Source: Blastocatellia bacterium (GTDB lineage Bacteria; Acidobacteriota; Blastocatellia; UBA7656). From it: a stretch of DNA of 64,000 bases. The notes under the pieces are model-generated. The model saw nothing but the letters and a program-made list of their open reading frames with translations, was not told where the DNA came from and ran no database searches. A program made the position numbers and the translations under genes. The stretch lies in NCBI GenBank assembly GCA_046565505.1, contig JBKHYJ010000015.1, positions 13,600 through 77,599 on the forward strand, written 5' to 3'. Numbering within the stretch: the first letter of the stretch is position 1; every line of letters starts with the position of its first letter. Below are positions 8,805 through 19,539 of this stretch, piece by piece.

Positions 8805-11800
8805 CTACCGGACTCTTTCGGCCGCCGTCGCAGGCCTGCCCTTAGCCGGGTCTGCCCGGATGGGGTCGAGCCTCCTTTCGTCGAGCAGCTTGTTGAAGCG
8901 CGACAGGTCGATCTTAATCGTTTCGTTCAGCCTGCCGTGGAGCTTCTCCAACTGCGCCGAAAGCTCGCGAAAAACGACGTAGGATTGATCCGTGGGCCGG
9001 CCGTCGCCCGTCTCTATGGACCGCCTGAGCGCCGCCATCTGGTTGTTGAGCTTGATGGGGAAATTCAATGGGTCCTGACTGCTCTGGTTGCGGACCTGGT
9101 AGACCTCTTCCTCGACCTCGCTGAGCTTGCGCGCGAGCGCGTCGCCGGCTTCGGTGACAGTCTTATCGCCTGCCTTTGCCTTATCCGAGCGGTCTTTTAT
9201 CTGCTTCTTGATGTCGCGAATGAGGATGACCATTTCGTTCGCTTCGCTCGTCTTGTCTCGAACCTTAATCGCGAGGTCGAACTGTTTCGCAAGGTCGTCT
9301 TCCGTCACGCCCGTGAGCCGCGGGTCTTTCTTCACGACGAGGGTGCGGGTCTGCGTCTGACCGTTCGCCGTGAGCCGCACCTGGTAAGTGCCCGGCGGCG
9401 CGAGCGGCCCCGCCTCCGCTCGCGCGCCCCAAAGAATCATCCCCGGAAACGTCGCGGCCCCGGCGTAGCGTAAGTCCCAGGTGAAACGGTTCGCGCCCGC
9501 CTTTCTCGATGGCGGGCGCGGAGCAGGCGGCCCGAACGATTCGCCCCCGGCGTCTTCCGGGGCCTTCTTGTCGTCGCCGGCCGCGCCCGTGAAGGTCGAA
9601 ACGGTCTGACCCTTTGAGTCAAGGATCTCTATCGTAACTTTGTCGGCCGGCTGCTTCAGGTAATAGTCTATGACGGCTTGATCGACGGACCGGACCGCCG
9701 CGCGCGGCTGGAAGAGATGGACGGCGGCCGCCGCCACCTCCGGCGTAAGCTGCCTGAGCGTCGCTATGTCGTCGAGTATGTAAAAAGACCGCCCGTGCGT
9801 GGCGATAACGAGGTCATTTTCTTCGACCACCAGGTCGGGCACCTGCGTGTCGGGCAGGTTGAGCGCGAGCGTCTGCCAGTTGGCCCCGTCGTCGAATGAA
9901 ACGTAGATGCCATGCTCCGTGCCCGCGTAGAGTAGCCCCACGCGTTTCGTGTCCTCGCGCACGGCGTGGACGTAATCGTCCGCGCCTATGCCGTTGACGA
10001 TCTTTTTCCACGTCTTGCCGTAATCATCCGTCTTGTATAGGTAGGGCGCGCGGTCGTCCAACTGATACCGCTTTGCCGCGAGGTAGGCAGTGCCCGCTTT
10101 ATGCGGGGAGGCTTCGATCAGGCTTACGCGGCTGAATTCGGGCAGGCCGGGTGGTGTGACCTTCTCCCACCGCCTGCCGCCGTCGCGCGTGATGTAAACG
10201 AGTCCGTCGTCGGAGCCCGTCCAGATGGTGTTGGCGTCGTGTTTCGACGGCGCGATGGTGAAAATGGTCCCGTAGATTTCGGGCCCGTTCTGGTCTTTGG
10301 TGATCGGGCCGCCGGAATCGCCGAGAGTCTTCGGGTCGGCGCGCGTCAGGTCGGGGCTGATCCGCTCCCAGCTCTGCCCGTCGCTTGTCGTCTTCCACAG
10401 GTGCTGCGACGAGGTGTAAAGCGTGTTGGGGTCGCGCGGCGAAAAAACTATCGGGAACGTCCACTGCCACCGCTCCTTGAGCGCGCTCGCGGGCATCCCC
10501 GAAAAGAATAGGGGATAAACCTGTATGTCCCGCGTGTGCCCCGTCGTCCGGTCGAACCGCGTCAGCAGCGCGCCCTGGCTCCCCGCGTAGAACAGGTTCG
10601 GGTCGGTAGGGTGCGGGGCGATGTAGCCGCTCTCGCCGCCTCCGACCGCGTACAGTGAGGGCACGGCGCGCTGGCCCCGCCCGCCATCGCTCGGCACGCA
10701 GACAGTCGAGTTGTCCTGCTGCGCGCCGCACACGTGGTAAGGGAAATCCCTGGTCGTCGCGACGTGGTAAAGCTGAGCCGTCGGGTAGCCCTGGCCGGTC
10801 CAGGATTCCCCCCCGTTGATTGATACGTTCGAGCCTCCATCGTTGCTGTTAATCATTCGCCTGGGGTTGTCCGGCGCGATCCACAGGTCATGATTGTCCC
10901 CATGAGGGACCCGTATGGTCGCGTAGGTCTTCCCGCCGTCGGTCGATTTGTAGAAGCCCGTGTTGAGAACGTAAACGGTGTCGCGCGCCTTCGGGTCCGC
11001 GTATATGCGCGAGTAGTAGAACGCGCGCTGCCGCAAGCGCCGGTCTTCGCTCACCCTCTTCCACGTTGCGCCCGCGTCATCCGAGCTGAAAACGCCTCCG
11101 TCTTCGGCCTCGACTATCGCGTAGACGCGGGCGGAATCGATTCCCGAAACCGAGACGCCTATCTTGCCGACGACGCCTTTCGGTAGCCCCGCGTTGCGGG
11201 TTATCTCCGCCCAGTTGTCGCCGCCGTCGGTTGATTTGAACAGGCCGCTTCCCGGCCCGCCGCTCGATAGCGTCCAGGGGGTGCGGTACGCGTCCCAGAT
11301 GGAGGCGAACAGCACCTGCGGGTTTTGGGGGTCGAAGCACAGATCGACAGCCCCCGCGCGGTCGCTGCGAAACAGGACCTTCTGCCAGGACTTGCCACCA
11401 TCCCTGGAGCGGAAGACGCCGCGCTCGTCGTTCGGCCCGAACGGGTGGCCGAGGGCGGCCACGTACACTATGTCGGGATTAGTCGGATGAACGCGTACGC
11501 GCGCGACCGCGTGCGTGTCGGAAAGCCCCGCGTGAGCCCACGTCTTGCCAGAGTCCGTCGATTTGTACACCCCTTCGCCTTGCATGATGTTCCCGCGCAG
11601 CGCCACCTCGCCCATACCTATGTAGACGACGTTCGGGTTCGATTGCGAGACCGCGACCGCGCCGACCGAAGAGCTTTTAATCTTGCCGTCAGTCACGGGA
11701 CGCCAGGTCAGCCCGCCATCGTCAGTCTTCCACAGCCCGCCGCCGACCGCGCCGAAGTAATACTCGAAGGGGCGGGCCGCGCTGCCGGCCGAGGCTATCG

Positions 11801-12002
11801 AGCGGCCCCCGCGGTTCGGGCCTACGTTGCGCCATCTGAGCGCGTTGAAAAGCGCCGCGTCATATGTCTTGCGGGCCTCCGGCGAAGTGGGTCGAGCCGG
11901 TGAAGGCGATTGAGCGACTGATGGCGAATTGAGGTTTGCGACCAGCGCGAGCGCCGCGAGGAAGTTCGTCAGGCGCGAGATTTGATTGAAGACGTGACGC
12001 AT
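8805..12002 (-). CDS. exported VPS10/sortilin-domain, BNR (Asp-box) repeat protein with C-terminal coiled-coil extension
   Basis: N-terminal signal peptide. There are multiple S-x-D-x-G-x-T-W Asp-box repeats (STDSGKTW, SRDGGKSW, STDGGDNW, SDDAGATW, STDGGKTY, TRDGGRRWEKV, TDDYGKTW). The last roughly 200 aa are charged and helical. Confidence 0.8.
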   Translation of the reverse strand: MRHVFNQISRLTNFLAALALVANLNSPSVAQSPSPARPTSPEARKTYDAALFNALRWRNVGPNRGGRSIASAGSAARPFEYYFGAVGGGLWKTDDGGLTWRPVTDGKIKSSSVGAVAVSQSNPNVVYIGMGEVALRGNIMQGEGVYKSTDSGKTWAHAGLSDTHAVARVRVHPTNPDIVYVAALGHPFGPNDERGVFRSRDGGKSWQKVLFRSDRAGAVDLCFDPQNPQVLFASIWDAYRTPWTLSSGGPGSGLFKSTDGGDNWAEITRNAGLPKGVVGKIGVSVSGIDSARVYAIVEAEDGGVFSSDDAGATWKRVSEDRRLRQRAFYYSRIYADPKARDTVYVLNTGFYKSTDGGKTYATIRVPHGDNHDLWIAPDNPRRMINSNDGGSNVSINGGESWTGQGYPTAQLYHVATTRDFPYHVCGAQQDNSTVCVPSDGGRGQRAVPSLYAVGGGESGYIAPHPTDPNLFYAGSQGALLTRFDRTTGHTRDIQVYPLFFSGMPASALKERWQWTFPIVFSPRDPNTLYTSSQHLWKTTSDGQSWERISPDLTRADPKTLGDSGGPITKDQNGPEIYGTIFTIAPSKHDANTIWTGSDDGLVYITRDGGRRWEKVTPPGLPEFSRVSLIEASPHKAGTAYLAAKRYQLDDRAPYLYKTDDYGKTWKKIVNGIGADDYVHAVREDTKRVGLLYAGTEHGIYVSFDDGANWQTLALNLPDTQVPDLVVEENDLVIATHGRSFYILDDIATLRQLTPEVAAAAVHLFQPRAAVRSVDQAVIDYYLKQPADKVTIEILDSKGQTVSTFTGAAGDDKKAPEDAGGESFGPPAPRPPSRKAGANRFTWDLRYAGAATFPGMILWGARAEAGPLAPPGTYQVRLTANGQTQTRTLVVKKDPRLTGVTEDDLAKQFDLAIKVRDKTSEANEMVILIRDIKKQIKDRSDKAKAGDKTVTEAGDALARKLSEVEEEVYQVRNQSSQDPLNFPIKLNNQMAALRRSIETGDGRPTDQSYVVFRELSAQLEKLHGRLNETIKIDLSRFNKLLDERRLDPIRADPAKGRPATAAERVR

Positions 12003-12366
12003 CGTATGACCCTCGGTTGTTTTTCAGCTCATGCCCGGTTGTGAATTGAACGCCCAGAATAGAGAACCTTCGACGCGCGGTAGCTTATTCGAGCGTAGAA
12101 GAGAAGTCAATTACGGGGCGCGCCCTGATACACGCGCGGGCTGATCCGTAGAATCTCGATGGCGTACTTAACAAGATGATCGCGGAATAAAGTTGAGGCG
12201 GCCGGGCCGCGGCCGGGGATAAGCATTGCCCCTAGACCGAAGGAACGGTCGCCGCGCGCTAATTTACTTTCTAACTTCTTCGCGTTATCTTTCGAGTGTA
12301 TAGTGCCGGGCGGCCCGCGACGGGCTGAACGCTCGCAGACGATTCTTTACTACAAGGAGACGCTAG

Positions 12367-13575
12367 ATGGACGCATCCTTCGGCGCGATGACTGCGGCGA
12401 GGCCCGCCGCCGCGACCCGACCGCTCGCCATCCCCTGGTTCGTTTACGCGGCCCTGTTCGGCTCGACCAGCATCATCATAGGGGGCGAGTGGGACATATC
12501 CTGGCACCAGAGCATCGGCCGCGACACCTTCTGGTCGCCGCCGCACTTAGCCATCTACCTCGGCGGAGTCGTAGCGGGGCTGGCCTCGGCCTGGGTCGTG
12601 CTAAAGACGACTTTCAAAGGCAGCGCCGAAGAGCGCGCTGAAGGGGTGCGGCTCTGGGGGTTCACCGGGCCGCTCGGCGCGTTCCTCTGCATATGGGGCG
12701 CGCTCGCCATGCTCACATCCGCGCCGTTCGACGACTGGTGGCACAATGCGTATGGCCTGGACACGGAGATTCTAAGCCCGCCTCACGTCGTGCTCGCGCT
12801 CGGCATCGGCGTGATACAGCTCGGGGCGATAGTCACCGCGCTCGCACTCCAGAACCGGAACGAGCGGCAAGCCGAGGCCGGGGACGCGGCAGCCATGCGG
12901 CGGCGCACTCTGCTGCGGCTGATGTACGTCTACGCAGCGGGGATGTTGTTGAAGAGCGCGTTCGTCATGGCATGGTCTTATATGAATCGCGTACTCATGC
13001 ACAGCTCGATCTTTTATGAAGTGGGCTGTCTCGTGCTCCCGCTCTTCATCATCCCCGCGGCCCGCGCTTCGAGGCTGCGCTGGCCGGCGGCGGCGACCGC
13101 CGCCGTCTACATGTCCCTGTCGCTGGCGCTGGTTTGGGTTCTGCCTCTGTTCCCGGCCGAGCCGAAACTCGGCCCGGTCAGGCAGCACGTCACGCACCTG
13201 ATACCGCTGGAGTTCCCGCTGCTGCTCGTGATCCCGGCCTTCGCAATCGATTTGGTGATGCGCCGCCTGGGCGAGAAGCGCGACTGGCTGCTGTCGGTCG
13301 CCCTGGGGGTGGCGTTCTTCGCCGCGCTGCTCGCCGCGCAGTGGCCGTTCGGGGATTTTTTGATGTCGCCGCTCTCGCGCAACTGGGTGTTCGCCACGGA
13401 CCAGTTCGGCTATTACGTAAGCCCCGACTGGTACAACTTCCGCCACGCCTTCTACCCCTGGGACGCCAGCCGTTCGGCCCTGGTAGTCGGCTTGCTCACG
13501 GCCATACCGCTCGGGGTCGTGTCGGCACGAATAGCGCTGTGGTGGGGCAACTGGATGAGGAGTGTTAAGAGATGA
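12367..13575 (+). CDS. hypothetical polytopic membrane protein (about 10 TM), first gene of a 2-gene operon
   Basis: AAGGAGA RBS. Hydrophobicity pattern. Its stop overlaps the next start (ATGA at 13572-13575). Confidence 0.55.
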   Translation: MDASFGAMTAARPAAATRPLAIPWFVYAALFGSTSIIIGGEWDISWHQSIGRDTFWSPPHLAIYLGGVVAGLASAWVVLKTTFKGSAEERAEGVRLWGFTGPLGAFLCIWGALAMLTSAPFDDWWHNAYGLDTEILSPPHVVLALGIGVIQLGAIVTALALQNRNERQAEAGDAAAMRRRTLLRLMYVYAAGMLLKSAFVMAWSYMNRVLMHSSIFYEVGCLVLPLFIIPAARASRLRWPAAATAAVYMSLSLALVWVLPLFPAEPKLGPVRQHVTHLIPLEFPLLLVIPAFAIDLVMRRLGEKRDWLLSVALGVAFFAALLAAQWPFGDFLMSPLSRNWVFATDQFGYYVSPDWYNFRHAFYPWDASRSALVVGLLTAIPLGVVSARIALWWGNWMRSVKR

Positions 13576-15179
13576 GGCGTCGCTTATTCCCGTGCGTAGC
13601 GTTGGCGCTGGCGCTCGCGGGCGGCCCGGCCGCGCTCGCGCACGTCGGCAGCCCCGACATTTTATTTGAAGGTAAAGCCGGGCCTTATAACCTGCTGGTC
13701 AGCATCCAACCGCCCGACGTCGTGCCGGGCATCGCGCGGATTTCCGTCCACGCCGAAAGCGGCGACCTCAGCCGCGTGACGGTCCAGCCCATCTACTTCC
13801 GCACGGGGGGCGATGGCGCCCCGCGCCCCGACGAGGCCGAGCGGGCTCATGGGGACCCCCGCCTTTTCGATGGCAAGCTGTGGCTGATGGAGTTCGGCTC
13901 GTCCAGCGTGAGGGTGCGCGCGGAGGGCGCGGCCGGGTCAGGCGAAGTGATCGTGCCCGTCCCGGCGGTCGCAACTGCGCGGCGCGGAATTGATACAAAG
14001 CTCGGCGTGCTGCTCGGCTGTCTCGGCCTGTTTCTGTTCGCGGGAGCCGTCGCCGTCGTCGGCGTCTGCGCACGCGAAGCCATCCTGCCGCCCGGCTCTG
14101 TGGTGACGAGGGGCGACCGCGCCCGCGCGCGAAAAATCATGCTCATCGCCGTCGCGTTGATCGCCGTCGCGATAATCTTCGGCGGCAAATGGTGGCGCTA
14201 TGTTGATGGCCGCTACCTTGAACATATGTACAAGCCCATCGGGCTGAGCGCGACCGTTCGGGCGGAAGGCCTGAGCCGGGCGCTGCGGCTGGAGATGAAT
14301 AACACGGAGTGGCTCGACCGCCAGTCGGGAGATTTGATTCCAGATCATGGGAAGCTGATGCACCTGTTCCTGGTGCGCGAACCGTCGCTCGACTCATTCG
14401 CGCACCTGCACCCGACCAGGTCGGACGCGGACGCATTCGAGATCGCGCTGCCGCCGATACCCGAAGGCCGGTACAGGGTTTATGCGGACGTGGTCCACAG
14501 GAACGGGCTGACAGAAACGCTCACGGCGGAGACGGACCTGCCGCCCGCTTCGGGCGTTCAGCAATCGCCCGCTTCCGCTTACAGCAGCGCCGACCCTGAC
14601 GATTCATGGCTAGTTTACGGCGGCGGAGCGCAGGCGGAGCAGAGACTGGAGGATGGCTCGACAATGACGTGGGAGCGCGATGGCGGCCGGCCGCTCGTAG
14701 CCGGCCGTTTAGAGTCGTTGCGCTTCTTTGTGAAGTCGCCCGGGGGGGAGCCCTCCGCGCTTGAGCCTTACATGGGGATGCTCGGTCACGCCGTCGTCAT
14801 GCGAGATGATGGCGCGGTCTTCGTGCACGTTCACCCCGTGGGCACGGTCTCTATGGCATCTCAACAAGCGTTCGTCGAGCGCGTGGGCGGGGCCGTCACT
14901 GACAAAGGCGAAGGCGGCATGAGCGCGGCAGCCGCCGGCAAGGACGCGGGCGGCGACTCCCGGCATATGAGCGGCATGGAGCATTCGTCTGGAATGAGCG
15001 CGGCGGCCCCTTCGGCCCACGCGGGCGTGCGCGGCCCTTCTGAGGGCGCGGCCGCCGACGCGAGGGGCACAGTCTCTTTCCCATACTCTTTCCCCAAACC
15101 GGGAAACTATAGCATCTGGGTGCAGGTCAAGCGCGGCGGGCGCGTGCTGACGGGCGTGTACGATGTGAGCGTGCTTTGA
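13572..15179 (+). CDS. exported bitopic/periplasmic protein, putative metal (copper)-binding; His at mature N-terminus, Met/His-rich C-terminal tail
   Basis: Signal peptide ...ALALAGGPAALA|HVGSPD. It has two central TM helices, then a second soluble domain carrying the H-x-H motif (SFAHLHP). The tail reads MSAAAAGKDAGGDSRHMSGMEHSSGMSAAAPSAH. Confidence 0.55.
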   Translation: MRRRLFPCVALALALAGGPAALAHVGSPDILFEGKAGPYNLLVSIQPPDVVPGIARISVHAESGDLSRVTVQPIYFRTGGDGAPRPDEAERAHGDPRLFDGKLWLMEFGSSSVRVRAEGAAGSGEVIVPVPAVATARRGIDTKLGVLLGCLGLFLFAGAVAVVGVCAREAILPPGSVVTRGDRARARKIMLIAVALIAVAIIFGGKWWRYVDGRYLEHMYKPIGLSATVRAEGLSRALRLEMNNTEWLDRQSGDLIPDHGKLMHLFLVREPSLDSFAHLHPTRSDADAFEIALPPIPEGRYRVYADVVHRNGLTETLTAETDLPPASGVQQSPASAYSSADPDDSWLVYGGGAQAEQRLEDGSTMTWERDGGRPLVAGRLESLRFFVKSPGGEPSALEPYMGMLGHAVVMRDDGAVFVHVHPVGTVSMASQQAFVERVGGAVTDKGEGGMSAAAAGKDAGGDSRHMSGMEHSSGMSAAAPSAHAGVRGPSEGAAADARGTVSFPYSFPKPGNYSIWVQVKRGGRVLTGVYDVSVL

Positions 15180-15248
15180 CTGTGAAAGCTGGACGCGGGC
15201 CAGGACACAAACGTGTCAACAGACCAGTCGTGATCAGGGGTTAGTAAC

Positions 15249-16022
15249 ATGCAGAGCAACCGCTGGGCGATGGGCGGGAGAATCCGGCTCAACGTCAACA
15301 TAGATCACATTGCCACCATTCGGCAGGCGCGGAGGACGTTCGAGCCCAGCCTCGTCACCGCGGCCGCCCTGGCAGACCTCGCGGGGGCGAGCGGCATCAC
15401 CATTCACCTCAGGGGCGACAGGCGGCACATACAGGACGAAGACGTGAGGACGCTGCGCGCGGTTGTTAAGACTCACCTCAACCTCGAGATGGCCGCTACC
15501 GCCGAGATGGTCAAGATTGCCCGCGACGTGCGGCCGGACGCCGTGACGCTCGTGCCCGAGCGGCCCGACGAGATAACGACCGAGGGGGGGCTGGACTCCG
15601 TGTCTCATGAAGAAGAGATCACGCGGGCGGTCGCCGAAGTGCAGGACGCGGGAGTGCTCGTCAGTATTTTCCTCGACCCGGACATCGCGCAGGTCGAGGC
15701 GGCTCACAGGGCGGGCGCCAGGCAGGTCGAGATATGTACGGCGAGGTACGCAGAGCTGACGGACCCTACGGCGCACGCGGCGGCGGCGGAGGTAGACGCT
15801 GAGCTTGCGCGCATCGCGGAGTGCGCGGGCAGGGCGGGCGAGCTGGGGTTTCAAGTCGCCGCCGGGCACGGGCTGACTTACAGGAACGTGGCGGCCATCG
15901 CGGAGATTTACCCGATGGAAGAACTCAACATAGGCCACAACATCGTGGCCCGCGCGGCGCTGGTCGGCATGGAGCGCGCCGTGCGCGAGATGGTCGCCGC
16001 CATCAACGGCAGGATTCTTTGA
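15249..16022 (+). CDS. pdxJ: pyridoxine 5'-phosphate synthase
   Basis: NIDHIATIRQAR ... HLRGDRRHI ... AGHGL motifs typical of PdxJ. Confidence 0.85.
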   Translation: MQSNRWAMGGRIRLNVNIDHIATIRQARRTFEPSLVTAAALADLAGASGITIHLRGDRRHIQDEDVRTLRAVVKTHLNLEMAATAEMVKIARDVRPDAVTLVPERPDEITTEGGLDSVSHEEEITRAVAEVQDAGVLVSIFLDPDIAQVEAAHRAGARQVEICTARYAELTDPTAHAAAAEVDAELARIAECAGRAGELGFQVAAGHGLTYRNVAAIAEIYPMEELNIGHNIVARAALVGMERAVREMVAAINGRIL

Positions 16023-16068
16023 TGATTGAAAGCGGCGCGAGGGTGTCATAGGCGGGCCGGCCTCGCCG

Positions 16069-17181
16069 CTACTTTTTAATCTCCCTCGGCCGGTAGCTCG
16101 TCAGGTTCCGGGACTTGTCACGGTGGCGCTCGAGCGCGAGCGTGATGAGCCTGTCTATCAATTCCGTATAGGGTATCCCGCTAGCTTCCCACATCTTCGC
16201 GTACATGCTGATCGAAGTGAAGCCGGGCATGGTGTTTATCTCGTTTATGATTATTCTCTCCGTGCCGCGCTCGATGAAGAAGTCCACGCGCGCGAGCCCC
16301 GACCCATCGATGGCCTGGAAAGCCTGAATGGCGCACCGCTGTAGCTGCGAGGTGACCGCCTCCGGGAGGTCCGCGGGCACCTCGGTCCTCGAGGCGCTAT
16401 CCACGTACTTGTCCTCGTAATCGTAAAACTCATGGCCTGTTATTATCTCGCCGGGGAGGCTGGCCGCGGGGCGGTCGTTGCCGAGCACGCTCACTTCGAT
16501 CTCGCGCCCGTTCACCGCGCGCTCGACGATTACCCTACGGTCGTACCGCGCCGCGTCGTTTATGGACTCGCGCAGCCCTTCTTCGTCGCCGGCCTTTGAT
16601 ATGCCGACCGACGAGCCGAGGTTCGCCGGTTTGACGAAGACCGGGAAGCCCAGCGTCGCGCTTATACTTTCGATCACGGCGGCGGGATTCTCTTCCCAGT
16701 GTGACCGCAGGATGCCCTGGTAGTCGGTGACGTTCAGGCCGGCGTGCTGGAATAACTGCTTCATGATGATCTTATCCATGCCGGTCGCGGAAGCCAGAAC
16801 GCCGCAGCCCACGTAAGGCACGCCCGCCATTTCGAGCAGCCCTTGAATGGTCCCGTCCTCGCCATACGTGCCGTGCAGGACGGGCAGCACCACGTCCAGA
16901 GGCTCGCTCACGCCCGCGTCGAGTAAGGTCAGCCCTCGGCGGGTCGGGTCGCCTATGATGGCGACTTGCTCGTGATGGTTTGAAGCCATCACGGCCTGAG
17001 GCAGCATCGCCGCCGCGTCGCCCGAGATGACCCACCGGCCCTCCGGGCTGATGCCGATGGGGACGACTTCGTATCTGGATTTGTCTATAGCGTTGATGAC
17101 CGACTCGGCCGACCGCAGCGACACCTCATGCTCGCCCGACCTGCCGCCGAAGATAACGCCCACCCTCATCTTATTAGCCAA
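16069..17181 (-). CDS. ddl: D-alanine--D-alanine ligase
   Basis: The N-terminus [16 protein letters not shown] plus an ATP-grasp C-terminal region (ARVDFFIE..., [10 protein letters not shown]). Confidence 0.85.
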   Translation of the reverse strand: MANKMRVGVIFGGRSGEHEVSLRSAESVINAIDKSRYEVVPIGISPEGRWVISGDAAAMLPQAVMASNHHEQVAIIGDPTRRGLTLLDAGVSEPLDVVLPVLHGTYGEDGTIQGLLEMAGVPYVGCGVLASATGMDKIIMKQLFQHAGLNVTDYQGILRSHWEENPAAVIESISATLGFPVFVKPANLGSSVGISKAGDEEGLRESINDAARYDRRVIVERAVNGREIEVSVLGNDRPAASLPGEIITGHEFYDYEDKYVDSASRTEVPADLPEAVTSQLQRCAIQAFQAIDGSGLARVDFFIERGTERIIINEINTMPGFTSISMYAKMWEASGIPYTELIDRLITLALERHRDKSRNLTSYRPREIKK

Positions 17182-17250
17182 GTGATTTCCCCGCCTGGTC
17201 TCCGGTGTAGGGTCGCGGGGCCTGCGCCGCCAGGGACCCGGAATCCGAAA

Positions 17251-18162
17251 TCATAGAATCTTTTTGCCGAGCGCGGAGAGTATCATCTCGACTCCGAGCA
17301 GCGCGGTCTGGTTGGCCGTGTCGTAAAGCGGGTTGACTTCGGTTAGCTCGACCGACAGCACGCGGCCGGAGTCGGCTATCTTCTCCATAGCGAAGTGGCT
17401 CTCGCGGTAAGTCGCGCCGCCGCGCTCCGGCGTGCCGACTCCGGGGGCGTAAAACGGGTCTATGAAATCCATGTCCATCGTGACGTGAATCCCGGCGGTG
17501 TTTCGTGAGGCGATCTCGACCGCCTCCTCAATCACCTTTGCCATGCCGCGCTCGTCAACTTCCGTCATGGTGAAGACGCGGATGTTGAGATTCTTTAGCA
17601 GCTCGCGCTCTCCCGGGTCAACCGAGCGCGCGCCTATGATGGCCGTGTTTTGAGGGAGGACCTTCGGCGCAAAGCCCGCGACGTGCGTCAGCTCTTTTGC
17701 TCCATAGCCTAGCAGGGCGGCCAGTGGCATTCCATGAATGTTGCCCGAAGGGGTCGTGTCGGGCGTGTTGGTGTCGGCGTGCGCGTCCAGCCAGATGACG
17801 CCGATTCGCTCGTTCCGCTTGCGGCGAAATGACGCGACGCCCGCGACGCTCCCGATAGCGATCGAATGGTCGCCGCCGAGGATGACCGGCATCGCCCCCT
17901 CTTCGAGGGCCGCTTCGACCATCGCGGCCAACTCTTCGGAGGCCGCTGCTATCTCGGGCAAGTAGCGGGCGCGCGTATTAGTCTGGCTCACGGCCTCCGG
18001 CGGATGTACGTGCACGTTGCCCGCGTCCGTAACCTCATAGCCGAGCCGCGTTATCGCCTGGTTCAGGTCGGCGATGCGAATAGCTGATGGCCCCATATCG
18101 ACCCCGCGCCGCCCCGCGCCTAAATCCATCGGCACGCCGATTATCTTAACCTTTCTATTCAT
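17251..18162 (-). CDS. arginase/agmatinase-family ureohydrolase (arginase-like)
   Basis: Mn-binding motifs [15 protein letters not shown] and SVDMDFIDP. Confidence 0.8.
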   Translation of the reverse strand: MNRKVKIIGVPMDLGAGRRGVDMGPSAIRIADLNQAITRLGYEVTDAGNVHVHPPEAVSQTNTRARYLPEIAAASEELAAMVEAALEEGAMPVILGGDHSIAIGSVAGVASFRRKRNERIGVIWLDAHADTNTPDTTPSGNIHGMPLAALLGYGAKELTHVAGFAPKVLPQNTAIIGARSVDPGERELLKNLNIRVFTMTEVDERGMAKVIEEAVEIASRNTAGIHVTMDMDFIDPFYAPGVGTPERGGATYRESHFAMEKIADSGRVLSVELTEVNPLYDTANQTALLGVEMILSALGKKIL

Positions 18163-18348
18163 AAGACCTCCTATTCATTCTCCCACTCCACCTGCGGAGT
18201 GGCAAGACAGGCGGCGACCGATGCAGGCGGGCCGCCCCCGCCTGACGCCGCCGCCCATGACGCGGTGTCGCGCGGCGACGCATGCAAATAAAAAGAGGCC
18301 GCCGCCGGCAGCCTCTATGAGGTAGGAGGGTGAAAAATGAAATGGAGC

Positions 18349-19539
18349 TTAACGCCCGATAGAAGCCTGCTCGGGCTCCGCGCCCGGCATAATCCCATAG
18401 CTATCGGCGAGATCAGCCACCTTGATCGCGGCCAAAATCTTAGGCACGTAATCGCGCGTCTCTTTCGGGAGAAGCTGCTTTTCGTATAACTCCCAGAAGT
18501 TCGCGCGGCCGTTCTTGACTATCGCTTCCATCACTCTAGGCTCACCTGAATTGTAGGCGGCCATCGCGAGCGCCCAATCGCCGAAGATCGTGTAAAGGTC
18601 GTGCAGGTACTGTGCCGCCACGCGCGTCTGCTTCGTAGGGTCAGACCTCTCGTCGTTCCCCGCCTCTACGGCAAGGCCATACTCCAGCGCCGTCTTGGGA
18701 ATGAATTGCCAGAGTCCCCCGGCCGCGGCGGGCGACACCGCGTTGGGATTCCAGACGCTCTCGACGTGCGCCAGCCACACCAAGTCTTCAGGCAACCCCG
18801 CCCTGCGGAATTCTGCGCGCGCCATCCTCAAATAAGCGTTGCTGCGTTCGATGCCTATGGTCATCGTCCTGCGCCCGCCCGGCGTTGACGTGTACCAATT
18901 AACCCAGCGTTCGATCGCAGGATTAGTGCTGTAGGCAACGTCGCCGACCGTCAAACGTGATGACCGGGCGGAGATGACCTGCGATATGCCAGCTTCCGCG
19001 GACAGCGTATCTACGTCCGCTCGCGGCTCCGCCTTCGGCGCGGCTTGAGACTCCGCTATCATCGCGCCTTCCGCGAACTGCTTCAAATCCTCCGGCGATT
19101 GCTCGGTGTAAGCTGCCTCCTCGCCCTTCCGGGTCTGAGGCGGGTTGATTTTTCGAGAGGCCTTGACCGGGCGAATGCCCGAGCCATTCTCATGCCTGGC
19201 CGCCTCCCCTTGAATCCGTTTTTGGACTCGGGCGTAATACTCCGCGAGTTGTGAATTATTCTCGGCCCCCTGCGCAAGAATGTTTATCGCCTTCTCGAAA
19301 TCGAGGCGCTGACGTGTGAGGCCGCGCGGGGCTTTCTCTGGGGTCGGCTCTGCCACCGCTCCTTCGCCCGCGGCCGGCATGCCCAATTGCAGTAATGATC
19401 TTTCATGACGCGGCGCGAAAAAGAGCATGGCGGCTCCCATGACGGCCGTGGCGATAACTGTTGAAATCAGTCTCTTTATCAGAGATTTTCCAGAGATTGC
19501 TTTTTCAGAATTCGGGGCAAAAAAATGATTGAGCTTCAT
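18349..19539 (-). CDS. membrane-anchored lytic transglycosylase (SLT domain)
   Basis: Catalytic region LAHVESVWNPNAVSPAAAGGLWQFIP. ORF 18349..19680, trimmed to the Met preceding a signal-anchor (MKLNHFFAP...). There is a long low-complexity linker. Confidence 0.75.
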   Translation of the reverse strand: MKLNHFFAPNSEKAISGKSLIKRLISTVIATAVMGAAMLFFAPRHERSLLQLGMPAAGEGAVAEPTPEKAPRGLTRQRLDFEKAINILAQGAENNSQLAEYYARVQKRIQGEAARHENGSGIRPVKASRKINPPQTRKGEEAAYTEQSPEDLKQFAEGAMIAESQAAPKAEPRADVDTLSAEAGISQVISARSSRLTVGDVAYSTNPAIERWVNWYTSTPGGRRTMTIGIERSNAYLRMARAEFRRAGLPEDLVWLAHVESVWNPNAVSPAAAGGLWQFIPKTALEYGLAVEAGNDERSDPTKQTRVAAQYLHDLYTIFGDWALAMAAYNSGEPRVMEAIVKNGRANFWELYEKQLLPKETRDYVPKILAAIKVADLADSYGIMPGAEPEQASIGR

